This document shows positions 23,995-34,940 of a stretch of 64,000 bases of DNA, in pieces (position 1 is the first letter of the stretch; each line of letters starts with the position of its first letter). This DNA is from Neodothiora populina. Taxonomy: Eukaryota. The stretch covers positions 682,001-746,000 of the forward strand of contig NW_027191415.1 in assembly GCF_041146345.1 (NCBI RefSeq), written 5' to 3'. The notes beneath the pieces were generated by a model. It was not told the DNA's origin, searched no databases, and saw only the letters and a list, made by a program, of their open reading frames with translations. The position numbers and the translations under genes were made by a program.

Positions 23995-26620
23995 CTAGGC
24001 CTTGGATCCTTCAGCCTCGGCGGCCAGCAGCCAAGCCTCATGCAGCTTCTTCTGCCTCTCATAGTCCTTTTTCAGCTTCTTGCTCCTGCTCTTGGCCACG
24101 TCTTTGCCCTCTGCGTCCTTGGTGGGCAGGCCCTCGTCGTCCCAGGCGCTGAACTCGCTGGTTCGGAACATGTCGAGCGGGCTCAGCTTGCCCTTTGCGA
24201 GCCTTTCCTTTTCTTCCTTTTCCTTGGCGAGTTTGGCCGCTTCGGCTTTTCCTAGCTTCAGCGCCGCCAGGGCTTCGCGGTTCGAGCGCTCTTGTCGGAG
24301 AGAGGCGTTGAGCGGTCGCACGAGGGCGGGCTGGTTGTCGCGGTCTTCCAGGTAGATGCCTAGGTTCCACAGGGTCGTGTTGCGGAGGTCGTCGCAGAGA
24401 GGCAGGTAGGATTTGGGGGGTGCGTTTGCGGCGAGGAGCTCGCCGAGAGAAGAAAGCCACGAGGCGGCCGCCTCGGCGTATGGCTTGCTTTCCGGGGTTT
24501 CTAGAGGTGTCGTGAGACCTGTGGCTGACTTGATCATGGACAGAATGGTGGCGGGGTCGATGGTCCCTGCGATTGCTTGTTTGCGCACTTGGTCTCGGAT
24601 TCCGGCGAGAGGATAGACAAAGGGCTCGGCGGCGGCGGGGACATCGATGCCAGACCAGCCGATGCGGGTGGCATCCGGTTCGGCATCGAGTCCGAAGATG
24701 TTGACCGTGTCGTTGACCCATTTTGCGAGCTCAAAGGTCAGCTTGTCCGAGACGTCCTTTTCTGAGTTGTAGGTGGTGATCAGGTCGCCGATGACGCGCA
24801 TGGCTGCGGGAGTGTCGAATGAATCACAGAGAGCATCGTGGAGGCGGAACTTTGCAGATTGCAGAGCCTGTCTCACGGGACCGTCTGGGCTGAGAGGATC
24901 AGACGAGTCGGACTTTGTGGGGTTGCGCTCGAGGTCGCGCGCCTTGATGAAGAAGTTGTTCACGCGCTCCTCCCAGGCATTGCCGGCCTTGACGACTTCC
25001 TCGGTGATCTCGAGACCGTCCTTCCAGGCACCGAGGAGGAAGGCGATGCGCAGAGCGCGGGGCGTCCAGGTACCCTTCGCCAGAGCCTCGCGGATGGTGG
25101 TGAAGTTCTTCAAGCTCTTGCTCATCTTGGAGCCTTGGATGCTCAAGTGGCCCATGTGGAGGAAGTAGTTGACCCACTGCTTGCTCTCCTTGCCGGACTT
25201 GGACCAGTAGGCCTCGGACTGGGCGAGCTCGTTGTCATGGTGAGGGAAGGCCAGATCGATACCGCCAGAGTGCATGTCGAACTGACGGCCGAGGACGTTG
25301 GAGGCCATGGCACTGCACTCGATGTGCCATCCCGGGCGACCAGGACCCCAGGGACTGTCCCAGGCAGGCTCGCCGGGCTTGGATGCCTTCCACAGCGCAA
25401 AGTCGGCGGGCGAGCGCTTGAAGGAAGCCTTGACGTCTTTGCTCAGGGAGCCCTCGCCGTCGGCCAAGAGATCCTTGTCGTTGCGGTTCCACGGCTCCAG
25501 ACGAGCATAGACGCCGCCCGAGGCTTCCCAGGCCTGGGTGTCGTAATACACGGAACCGTCGTGGTCGTAGGCGAATCCGTTGTCCTGGATCTGCTTGACG
25601 AAATCGATGATCTGCTGACCGTACTCGGTGACTCTGGTGATGGTGTCGGGGGCGCGGACGTTCAGAGCGCGCATGTCGCTGAAGAAGCGGTCCTCGTAGT
25701 CCTTGGTCAGGGCGGTGAAGATGGAGTGGTCTTTGGCGTCGATGGTGTGGCCGAGCTGGGAATCGAGATAGGGCAGCAGCACGCCAGAGGCTTTGGCATA
25801 GAAGGAGTCGATGTCCATGTCGGCCTGCGACAGAGCCTCGGCGGCAGAGGTGGCCGTCTTGAGGTGCATCTTGACCTTGGCCTCCTTGTCGCCAGGGGCA
25901 GAGCCGTCGTTGGCCAGAGGCTGACCCTTCAGGACATGGCCGTATTGTGTTTCCGACTCTTGCGCAAAGGCCGTCGCAGCAGTGTCGGCAGGCAGCAGAG
26001 ACAGATTCTTGTGCAGGTACTGGCTGAAGGCACGCTTGGTCTCATCCAAGACAGACGTGTCCAGCGTCTCGTGTCGTCGGATGAAGTGTTTCAGCAGGTG
26101 CTGCTGTCTGGCGGCGAGAATGATCTTGTCATCGACGTCGGTGATGTTCATGACGAAGGAGAGGTGAAAGTGGAAGTAGTCTGTCAGGATGCGGCGGATG
26201 ATGTCTGTTGAGACATAGTTGCGAGCGTGACCTAGATGCTAGATCAACACCGCCGACACTTAGCCCCTTGTTTGCATATATATAAAAGAGAAGACGGCGC
26301 AGAGGTGAAGAAGAGGAAATAAAACCTACGGCATCGTCGTAGACGGTGGGCCCGCACGCGTACCAGGTGACAGACTCGGCATTGGGATCCAGAGGCACGA
26401 ATGGCGTCTTGCCTCGGGTCAAGCTATTGTATATTGCCAGTGGTGGAAGTTTCGCTTTTGCTGCTTCAGATGGCGCTGGAGGAGGCGTCCATGCTGGCAT
26501 TGCCGCGGCCATGTTCGGTCTTGAGTGACGGAATGAAGGTGTGGATGGCAGTGAAAGGAATCGATTATTGACTCTTGTCTGTTGGCGTATGCAGCATCGG
26601 ATGGACGTGGTCAGCAGCAT
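23995..26620 (-). CDS. CRS1: Cysteinyl-tRNA synthetase (class I); intron 26329-26239; ATGs at 26620 (presequence) and 26512
   Basis: WYACGPTVYDDA|HLGHARNY (HIGH motif), MNITDVDDKII, DFALWK, GRPGWHIECSAM, HSGGIDLAFPHHDNE and KMSKS. Confidence 0.96.
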
Positions 26621-27166
26621 CAACCGAACCGAATCCGAGTCGAAATGATGAATTCCTGATGATCAACGACCAAAAGTCAAGAAACGAGGTGCGTGGAGGA
26701 GTGTCTCAAAAGTGTAGAAGAGCAAGAGGATTAGGTAGAATCGAGTCACGCTCCTGCAGTTTACTGTCAAGCAAATGACCCCGCGACTGCCCTTTCCCTT
26801 GCCCTTTTTTTGTGGCTTCTGCTTTTGGAACATGACTCTTTTCCATCTCTGCCTGAACCAAACTGACCTCTCGCCAGTGCCACCTGAGGCACTTGTCTTG
26901 ATATAATCACGACTCTGTATGACCAAGATCGTCATACGGACATGCACAATGAACACTTGTCATCACATGTTGATCAGATATTCGTCCCTCCCCTTCTCAC
27001 ATGACTCGGTACAAGCATGTGTCTGTCCATCTTATCGATAGAAGATCTGCGGAGTTGCATCACCATCTAATCTCTTGGCTCCTCGAAATTTAACCAAAAA
27101 GCTACAGAAATGTCAGTTATTGATTGATGCTGATCGACCACCTCGAGCCAGTGGACCACCGAACCC

Positions 27167-28693
27167 ATGGCTACCGACGCTCCCCCGTTCAAGCCTTCGC
27201 CCTTCTTCGACGCTGGCATCAAGCCCGTCCCCGACTCGCTCGCATTACTCCACCTCAGACGAGACCAGCTCGAGCCGCTCACTCTACACTCTTCCGCCGA
27301 ACACGCCGATGGCTACGCTGAAGGCGCCGTGAAGAACACCCGATTCGGCTCCTTCCCCCACTCGACCCTGCTCGAGTCGCAATGGGGCCGCCAAGTCAGA
27401 GCCTCAAAGGTCGATACAGGCTCCAGAGGGCGCAAGAAGCGAAAGCTGGACGAGGCTGTCAGTGAAGCCTCGGATTCGCAAGCATTGAAGACTGCCGAAC
27501 AGGCTGGGACTGGCTTTGTTCATCTGCTGCCCCCGACCCCCGAGACCTGGACTATAAGTCTGCCTCATCGCACTCAAGTCGTCTACAACCCTGACTACAG
27601 CTACGTCCTCCAGAGACTCCAGGTCCGCCCCGGTCAGACCATCCTCGAAGCCGGTGGAGGCAGTGGCTCCTTCACCCATGCCGCCGCGAGGGCTGTCTTC
27701 AACGGCTATCCGACTCAAACACAACCCAGATTCGGCAAAGTCTGTACCTTCGAGTATCACGAGCCTCGCGCCGAGAACCTCAAGAAGGAGCTCGAGGAGC
27801 ACGGCCTGGACAGCATCGTCCGTGTGACGCACCGCGACGTTTACGAAGACGGTTTCCTCATCCATCAGCCAGACGCTCCCCAGCAGTCCCCCGACGCCAA
27901 CGCAGTCTTCCTCGACCTTCCCGCCCCATGGATGGCACTGCGAAATCTCACTCGCCACCGCTTGTCGTCAGAGACGGCGCGCATCGTCGCCGATTCTTCA
28001 TCCGCAGCCGGACAGGCTTCCCCTGACGCAGAGAAAGACACCAGTGACTCGACACAGCCATCTGCCAACACCGAGGAACAAGACACCTCTCGGCCCTTTG
28101 TCTCCCCCCTGGATCCCAATTCCCCCATCCACCTTTGCACTTTCAGCCCTTGCATCGAGCAGGTCATCGCCACCGTCGCCGCCATGCGCAGACTGGGCTG
28201 GACCGAGATAGACATGGTCGAGGTCATGCACAAGCGCATTGACGTGCGACGCGAGCGCGTTGGTCTCCACGAGGAGGGTCTGCGGGGCGTCAATGCCACC
28301 GCCGCCACTGTCGATGAGGCTGTCGGTCGCCTGCGCGAGGTCGAAGGCAAGTTCAAAGAATGGCACCAGGTCTCAAAGGCAAAGTCCCAGGCTGTGCAGA
28401 ACGGAACCGCCGAGGATGCCCATCTACCACACGACAACTTCTCCTCGAAGCAAGCCCGTCTCGATCGCATCAAGAAAGAGCTCGGGGCCCGCAAGATCTT
28501 CAGCGAAGGTAGGCTGGTTCATCGCACCGAGCCCGACATCAAGACTCACACCAGCTACCTGGTCTTTGCCGTGCTGCCGGCAGACTGGTCTGAAGAGCAG
28601 GAACAAGCCTGTCGAGCCAAGTGGCCCGTCCACGGCAAGGTCACTGTGGACTACGATTCTGGAAAGAAGCAGAAGAAGAAAAAGAACCTATAG
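27167..28693 (+). CDS. TRM61: tRNA (adenine58-N1)-methyltransferase catalytic subunit
   Basis: PTPETWTISLPHRTQVVY, ILEAGGGSGSFTHA, FEYHEPRA, AVFLDLPAPW, FSPCIEQV and HTSYLVFA (GCD14 family). Confidence 0.95.
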   Translation: MATDAPPFKPSPFFDAGIKPVPDSLALLHLRRDQLEPLTLHSSAEHADGYAEGAVKNTRFGSFPHSTLLESQWGRQVRASKVDTGSRGRKKRKLDEAVSEASDSQALKTAEQAGTGFVHLLPPTPETWTISLPHRTQVVYNPDYSYVLQRLQVRPGQTILEAGGGSGSFTHAAARAVFNGYPTQTQPRFGKVCTFEYHEPRAENLKKELEEHGLDSIVRVTHRDVYEDGFLIHQPDAPQQSPDANAVFLDLPAPWMALRNLTRHRLSSETARIVADSSSAAGQASPDAEKDTSDSTQPSANTEEQDTSRPFVSPLDPNSPIHLCTFSPCIEQVIATVAAMRRLGWTEIDMVEVMHKRIDVRRERVGLHEEGLRGVNATAATVDEAVGRLREVEGKFKEWHQVSKAKSQAVQNGTAEDAHLPHDNFSSKQARLDRIKKELGARKIFSEGRLVHRTEPDIKTHTSYLVFAVLPADWSEEQEQACRAKWPVHGKVTVDYDSGKKQKKKKNL

Positions 28694-30257
28694 GTTTGCC
28701 TAGACTCGGAGAAATGAAAGTATAACGGAGGTTTCTATGATGCACCTCGGGTCACACAGCTATCTTTCCACTCAACGACACTGTCTGCATATGCAACGGA
28801 GGCCTGCCCGTGTCGCCGCATCTACCGGCTCGCGTCCGCCATGTAGCACGGTCTCGATGACCGCGACCTAGCTACCGATTGGTCACGACAGTCATGACTC
28901 TGCGCGAACCGCCGAGATACTCTTTTGCGATTACACCACGACGATCTTGTCCAACAACCCACTATGGGCGCAATCGCATGATTCGTGTAAGATGACAACG
29001 GAGACACTTGGGTGGGAATTCCTCTCGCAAGTTTTCTCCCGCCAACACACTCCCACCGGCGATCGGTTTATTGTGTTAGTTGTCCACAACCAGAAGAGGA
29101 ACCACTCTGCACTCAAGAATTACCTGGGGCGGATACATGTATTCCTTCCAAACGGCGAACGTCCTTCGCTGCTCTCACTTTCGTAGGGCCTTTGCACTTG
29201 TCTATATCCTCAGGCCACGAAGCTCTGCCTTGCGCGCACGGGATTGCAAACCCCCACGCTGCAAGTGCACTGCACCCCTCTCTGTGTTGTGCAGTGTGCA
29301 TGTTGCCCTGAGCGCCACCAGCTGGCTTCGAGGTCTGGGACCTGAACGGGGGTCGCCTAGACGGCACCGCTAGAGAGAAGCTGACAGTGGACATTGACCA
29401 GAGCTATCCAGCTGTCCCGTCCGCACCCCATGATTATCACCTCTTCCCCAAAGATAGCATCAGACGCCGATGTCTGTCCTAGACCGATGCGCCATGGCGT
29501 TGACACGTCAAATTCAGCTCTTAGCAACGATATCAGAGGGACTGTTATAGCATGCGCGTTGGCGTAAGCGGATCGCCCCGTGATGCACTTGTCACCTGGG
29601 CAAGTGGATACATGATATATTAAATGTGGAGAAGAAGCGAGGGCGGGATGTTTACTATAAAGATAGATCGCTCCGAACGAAGAGAGATACAGGATAGCCC
29701 TTCAAATGACCCTTGACTTGACCCTTGATTCGTGACCCTTTGTCTGATAGTCAATACAAGTAAAACCATGAAACACATCTTCAAGTGGTCCGACGCATCC
29801 GAGTTGTTTTCCATGACAAGTGACTTGTCGAGGAGACCGTCGCAATAACATTGGGAATCCGTGATCAATTAGATATCCGGCTTACATTCGCGATAAACAG
29901 TACAGTAGCTAAAGAATACCAAGTACAAGTACAGTACCTCACCAACGTACGCGAAGCAAATAACCCCCAACCCCAAACCCGCGCCGTTGCCATCAACCAG
30001 TGCTGCAGTGATGCGTGTGTGTGCGCCGTTCAAGCACAAAGCCGCCGCTACACTACTGCCCACAAGTCTCAGCACAAGCCCCCGACACCTTCCAGATCCA
30101 CTCGGGTGTTTTTGAAACACAAAAGGTTACCTTAGGTCGGCTAGGCGCACGCACACGCGACACACGTGCTTTTGTCCGCTCTGCTCTGGCCCCTCTTTTT
30201 CGACGGCCCTGAGCAGTGCTCGCGCGTAGCAGGTCCCGTTTGTTGTTGACCATGCAT

Positions 30258-30502
30258 TGCGCGCGCGCGCGCACACGCACACACACACGCACAGGCGCAG
30301 CAGAGGTATGAGGGGCAGGGAGGCTGAGAAACGAGAACGAGGCGTGTGGTCGCCGGACGGATCTGGTATATGCCAAGTTGTGGAGACCATGCGTGCGTGC
30401 ATACATACACAATGTCTACAAGGATTCTCGTTCTGCTGTTGTAGAATGTACAGGTAAGGTAGGTACACGCTTCCTCAGCCCGCCCGTGCGCGCGCGCGCA
30501 CG
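30258..30502. repeat. Alternating purine-pyrimidine tracts ((GC)7(AC)n at 30258-30293; palindrome CGTGCGCGCGCGCGCACG at 30485-30502)
   Basis: Read directly from the sequence. Confidence 0.85.
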
Positions 30503-30867
30503 AACGATTCAGATGCTATGTAGGGATGCTATGTAGGATTGGTGGGGTTAAAAGTGCCGTATCCCGTTCGTTCTCAGATGCTTCTCCATGCATGGTTTAC
30601 CGCATACACTATTACCGAACTGAGACTTCGATGACATGACACTAGAGAGGGCTGTGGGAACTGCTTTTGTCGATTGCAGAAACCTACGTGACTTGGTTTC
30701 CAGTGGTCTTTTTTGCTATTTATCTTATCTTCGAGATTGGCGAGGGGCAGATTGGAAAAGACGGCTATTATCGGGATTTCTTTCACTTCACCTATTGCTG
30801 GTAGCACCTTGACGCTTTTGTACTCTGGTTTTCGTGACGACCCCGCCCACACACTCTCTTGCGCCTG

Positions 30868-30876
30868 TTGAGTCAT
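30868..30876 (+). promoter_or_regulatory. Candidate Gcn4/CpcA response element (TTGAGTCAT)
   Basis: Contains TGAGTCA (= TGACTCA). Lies upstream of the CASTOR-like gene; a second TGAGTCA is at 32104-32110. Confidence 0.35.
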
Positions 30877-32224
30877 CGTATGGGGGCCAGACATCTAAGA
30901 AGCGTGGCATGGTACTGTACTACTCGTAGTGGACTACGTACTCAAAACATTGCTTGAACTTCTCCTCTTCTGTACCCCTCGCTTATATGTGAAAGACAAG
31001 CAGCTTGACACTTCTGCTGCATCCAACTTTTCCTCCTTCTGTTGAACACCAATCCGCGACTCGGGACGCCACTCCGGTCGATCACAAAAACCCGATATAT
31101 ATATACAGTACTGTACATAAGCGCACTGTATTACACTTTGCACACCACTGCATCGCTGGCTCGCGAGATATATTTGATATCACGATTGACTGCTGCTGCT
31201 GCAGCAGCTGCGAGTCAAGGAGATCCTCCTCCGACGAGCCGCTTCTTCTGCATATCGCCCCACCTCCCCTCTTCAATAGCTAGAACCCCCACGTTACTTG
31301 CTTGCTTGCTGCGTGTTTGTGCTGCTTTGCGTTTCCTATCACGACCCTTTTGCCGGCATACTCGTCATCATAGGCACCATCATCACATCAATCAAGCACT
31401 AGGTAGCTGCAGGGGACGGGAAACCTGAGTGTGATTGCGTGAAATCACCACCACCATCCAACGTGATCAGAGAAGAGAATAAGAAAGGACCGCACATCCA
31501 TGTCTAATTCAGCCGCATCGGCGCACTCGTGACACAAGGCTCTTTTGACTCCTGCTCGGCTTGCGGCGCAGGCTTGTCTATCAAGACTTTTGACATTGAC
31601 ACCTGACAACTGACACCTTCCGGCCAAGAAGAGAGGAAGGGGAGGCCTTGATTTTTCTGGTCTTGCCAGGGCGGGAACCATCCTTCGTCTTTACTCTCCT
31701 TCAGGCCGTCCATTGCCAGGATTGGAACTGGCTCGACTTCGAGTTTTTGGATATATATTTTCTTCTGACTCATCTGTCTCGCCATTCACTACATATCTGT
31801 ATTTCACGTTCTCGATATATCTGGTTTCCTTCGGGCACACGTTTCCTTATCTCTCATCTGCAACTTCAGAGACCGTCTTCGATCACAAAGATAGCTAAGA
31901 AGAAAAGAAAAAAGGACTAGGTTGTTCTGCTATCATTCCTTTCGATTGGATCATTTTACCCGGAAACCGGAGCATGAACTTGGAAACAAACCACTCTTCC
32001 TGGCCTACCACCAATAAACAAGAGAACACAAGACGACAACACTGCGGAAGCCTTTCCGAGTAGTAGATGGTCCATGGTGTCGTGGTGCTCTTGATCGAAA
32101 CTCTGAGTCACTCCCCTATCTGATTTCTGTACCCGAGTCCCCGCAGAACCTTTGGAAAGAGTGTCCGAACACCTCAACCTCCCTCGCGCTCTTTCTTGAG
32201 GAGAGTCGGCCGACGAACCGAACA

Positions 32225-33774
32225 ATGATGATGGACAAGTCCATGTCGTTGCTGAACGCCCAAGTGCAGTTCCTTGTACGTCACTTCTCAGCTCGTTGTT
32301 CTGATCTGGATTTTTACTTTGCTCAAGACTTCTTTCTTTCTCCTTGCTCTTCAGTTTTTCAAGACGTTTGTGCGACGGTGAGCGATCAGGTCTTGATGGA
32401 CTACACTGGCATTCGTCAACACTTTGCCGAGAGACGAATATGTCTCCCACCTAAGCGAAACATGTTAAAAGCCCAATCACTTACTGCCCGTTCCCCCAGC
32501 CATACGTTTGGATATTAAAGTGAGACGAGAAAATACTGATAAGACCAGGAAACACACGTAGCCTTAGTCCACATACCCCTACCCCTCTACCCGCACTTCC
32601 TCCACCCAATCCTCAAACTCCTGACCCTCTCCGACCGCCAACAACAAGGACAAGACGAACAAAACAGCGACGACAGCAACGACGATGAAGAGTCCAAATA
32701 CAAGCCCCCGCGCCGGCCCTGGGCCTTCGTCTTCCCATTCGCCAACATCTCCGTGACAACAGTCGAGTGCTCGATAGTGTGTCCCCGCCACCTCGTGCAG
32801 GAGTTATTCGTGCCTCTGATCCAGCGATTGGATGAAGAGGCGCGGGCGCAGATCTCGATCAGTGCGGAGAACTTCCTGGTGATCCAGATCGGAGGCGAAG
32901 GGATGGAGGCTGGGCAGAGGGTTCTGGATCTTACTGCGCCGTTGGCGCTGGCTGGAATGTGAGTTTTTTCCTTTGTGATGGACAGGGCGAACTGACGTGA
33001 AACAGCTCGATATTCTTCATCACGAGTTACTACAACGACTTCATCCTCGTGCCGCAGGAGTCGCGATCAGAAGTTGTCCATGCGCTCGAGGAGCAGGGCT
33101 TTGCGTTCGAGGCATATATCAACGGCCACTCGTCGGCGCACATGACTAATCTCTCGTCGCCGTTACATGGCGTCCATCATCACCGCAACACGTCTTCGAC
33201 CAGCCAGGCCGAGCTGCAGCCGCAGCAGCAGCAGCAGCAACAGCATTGCCCTCCAGGTACCCCTCCGCCCACGACGGTGGCAGAATGGCAGACAAAGACA
33301 TTCACGACGCTGCGCAGAAAAGGCATAGAGCCACAGATCGACGAGACACTAGAGCTCAAAACGTGCGCAGGATACCGCAGCGACGACCAAGCGATCCAAG
33401 ACAGGTTGATTCTAGGCATCACGAAGAGCCTGCTCAGCGGGCCTCGGTTTCTTTCGATAACACTGACCGAATTGGACACGGTGTCGCTGACGCTCGAAAA
33501 GGGACTTTTGGACCAGTTCCCTGCCTCCGGGCGGGATATTCTCCTGCAGGACGACAGGACGCACATGACCATCGTGCTCGACCTGCGCGGCTTGCCAGAT
33601 GACAGCACGGGCATCGTGTGTGGCGTTGCCGGGCGGTTGATAGAGCGCATGGCCGGCCAGGGTCCGCCGTTCAATATGAGTTATCTCTCCACGGCCAAAG
33701 CGAGTAATGTCATTGTCGAGCAGGATGAAGTCGAGCATGCGCTATTGGCGCTTCGGGAGGAAGAGGCGGCGTGA
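32225..33774 (+). CDS. CASTOR/GATS-like ACT-domain protein (exons 32225-32275, 32549-32958, 33006-33774)
   Basis: The spliced product reads MSLLNAQVQFL|ETHVALVHIPL...FANISVTTVECSIVCPR...LDLTAPLALAGI|SIFFITSYYNDFILVP...FLSITLTELDTVSLTL...GIVCGVAGRL...MSYLSTAKASNVIV. This is the tandem CASTOR ACT pattern. It contains a CAG-encoded polyQ. Confidence 0.85.
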
Positions 33775-34248
33775 AAGAGCAGCTCAAGTGAGCGACAGCG
33801 GAGATCCACCTGCGCAAAAGAAAAGGACAGAGCATGTGTGCTGGATGAATGACTCGAGGGTTGTATGAATTGCATGCCAGGGATGAGACCATGAAAAACA
33901 TGTTTTTGTTGACGAAAAGGGATCGATGGTGCGCGCGCGCATCTTGGCTGTATCAAGCAGACGCGGCAGCATTGCGGGTTGGTGTAGTTGTGTGGCAGAG
34001 TCTGTCGAGTCCGTAGCCTGTCGATATTATGGTTACCTCCATCTGTGTCGGATAGCTTTTGTGTTTCTTTCCTTCCATGCCTGTTCAGTAGCAGCAGCAG
34101 CAACTGTAGAGTAGCGCTTAGCTAGCTTCATGAAAGAGACGAAGACCAGTGCCTGGCGGCGCTTGAGCGGGAGACGACCAGGTAAACAGACGAAAGCGAG
34201 TAGAGGCGAGAGCAGGCCTTCAACCCCTCCGAGATCTGCCTCGTAATC

Positions 34249-34940
34249 TCACCCAAAAGCGCGATCCATCTGCAGCCCCAAATCATTGACCTCAGCATCC
34301 TCATTGACCACCATTCCCCCTCCCTGCACCACATCCTTCTCCCCACCACCACTCACTCCACCCGCATCACCCACCTCCACCGCTCCTTTCTCCTCCCCTT
34401 TCCTCGCCGGCCTCAACATCTTCTCCTCGCTATCCAACCACCCAGGCGCCTTCCGTCTCTTCTCCATCAACTCCCTCTCCCTGATCCCCGCAAGCCACCC
34501 CTCAATCTCCTCACGCGCGCGCTGCTCCGCCAGCCTCAACTGCTCGGCCAACGCCCTGTTCTGCGCCAATATCGCGCGCGGATGGGCGCGAAACCCCGAA
34601 GCAGAGGTCACATATGCGGGGAGCGCATCGCGGGGGTCTTCGCTCGCAGACGAGTTCGCGTCAGTGGTTGGTTTCGAGGAGGCGGACGGCGCAGACGAGA
34701 GGATGGAGGGAGGTAGCGTCGAGGGGAGCGTCGCGTAGTTGTGTGGTAGGGTTGGCGCTTTAGGCAGGGTTATGAAGGGCGATACGCTTAGTGGGACTTG
34801 GGCTAGGATCGGGTTGGTGTCTTTTTGGGAGAGTTGGTTAGTTTGTGCGCGTCTGGCTGTTGGGGGGCGTTGGGTGAGGGAGGGGTGTGTGGGCTGGTCA
34901 TGGGTGTGGGTGGGGTTGGGCACGCACTTTCTGTTTGCAT
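34249..34940 (-). CDS. Uncharacterised fungal protein, about 194 aa, Pro/Ser-rich N-terminus plus coiled coil (exons 34940-34928, 34820-34249)
   Basis: ATG CAA ACA GAA A|GTGCGT...ACTAAC...AAAAG intron joins in frame to NTNPILAQVPLSVSPFITLP. The helical segment EKRRKAPGWLDSEEKMLRP and terminal MDRAFG look protein-like; composition is coding-like. Confidence 0.7.

Noticed and set aside
23640..24255. ORFs with poly-Ser, poly-Leu and poly-Glu
   Set aside because: They are translations of the (TTC)29 microsatellite in different frames.
24838..26211. 457-aa ORF antisense to CysRS
   Set aside because: This is an expected shadow of GC3-rich codon usage; it has a non-ATG start and no recognisable domain.
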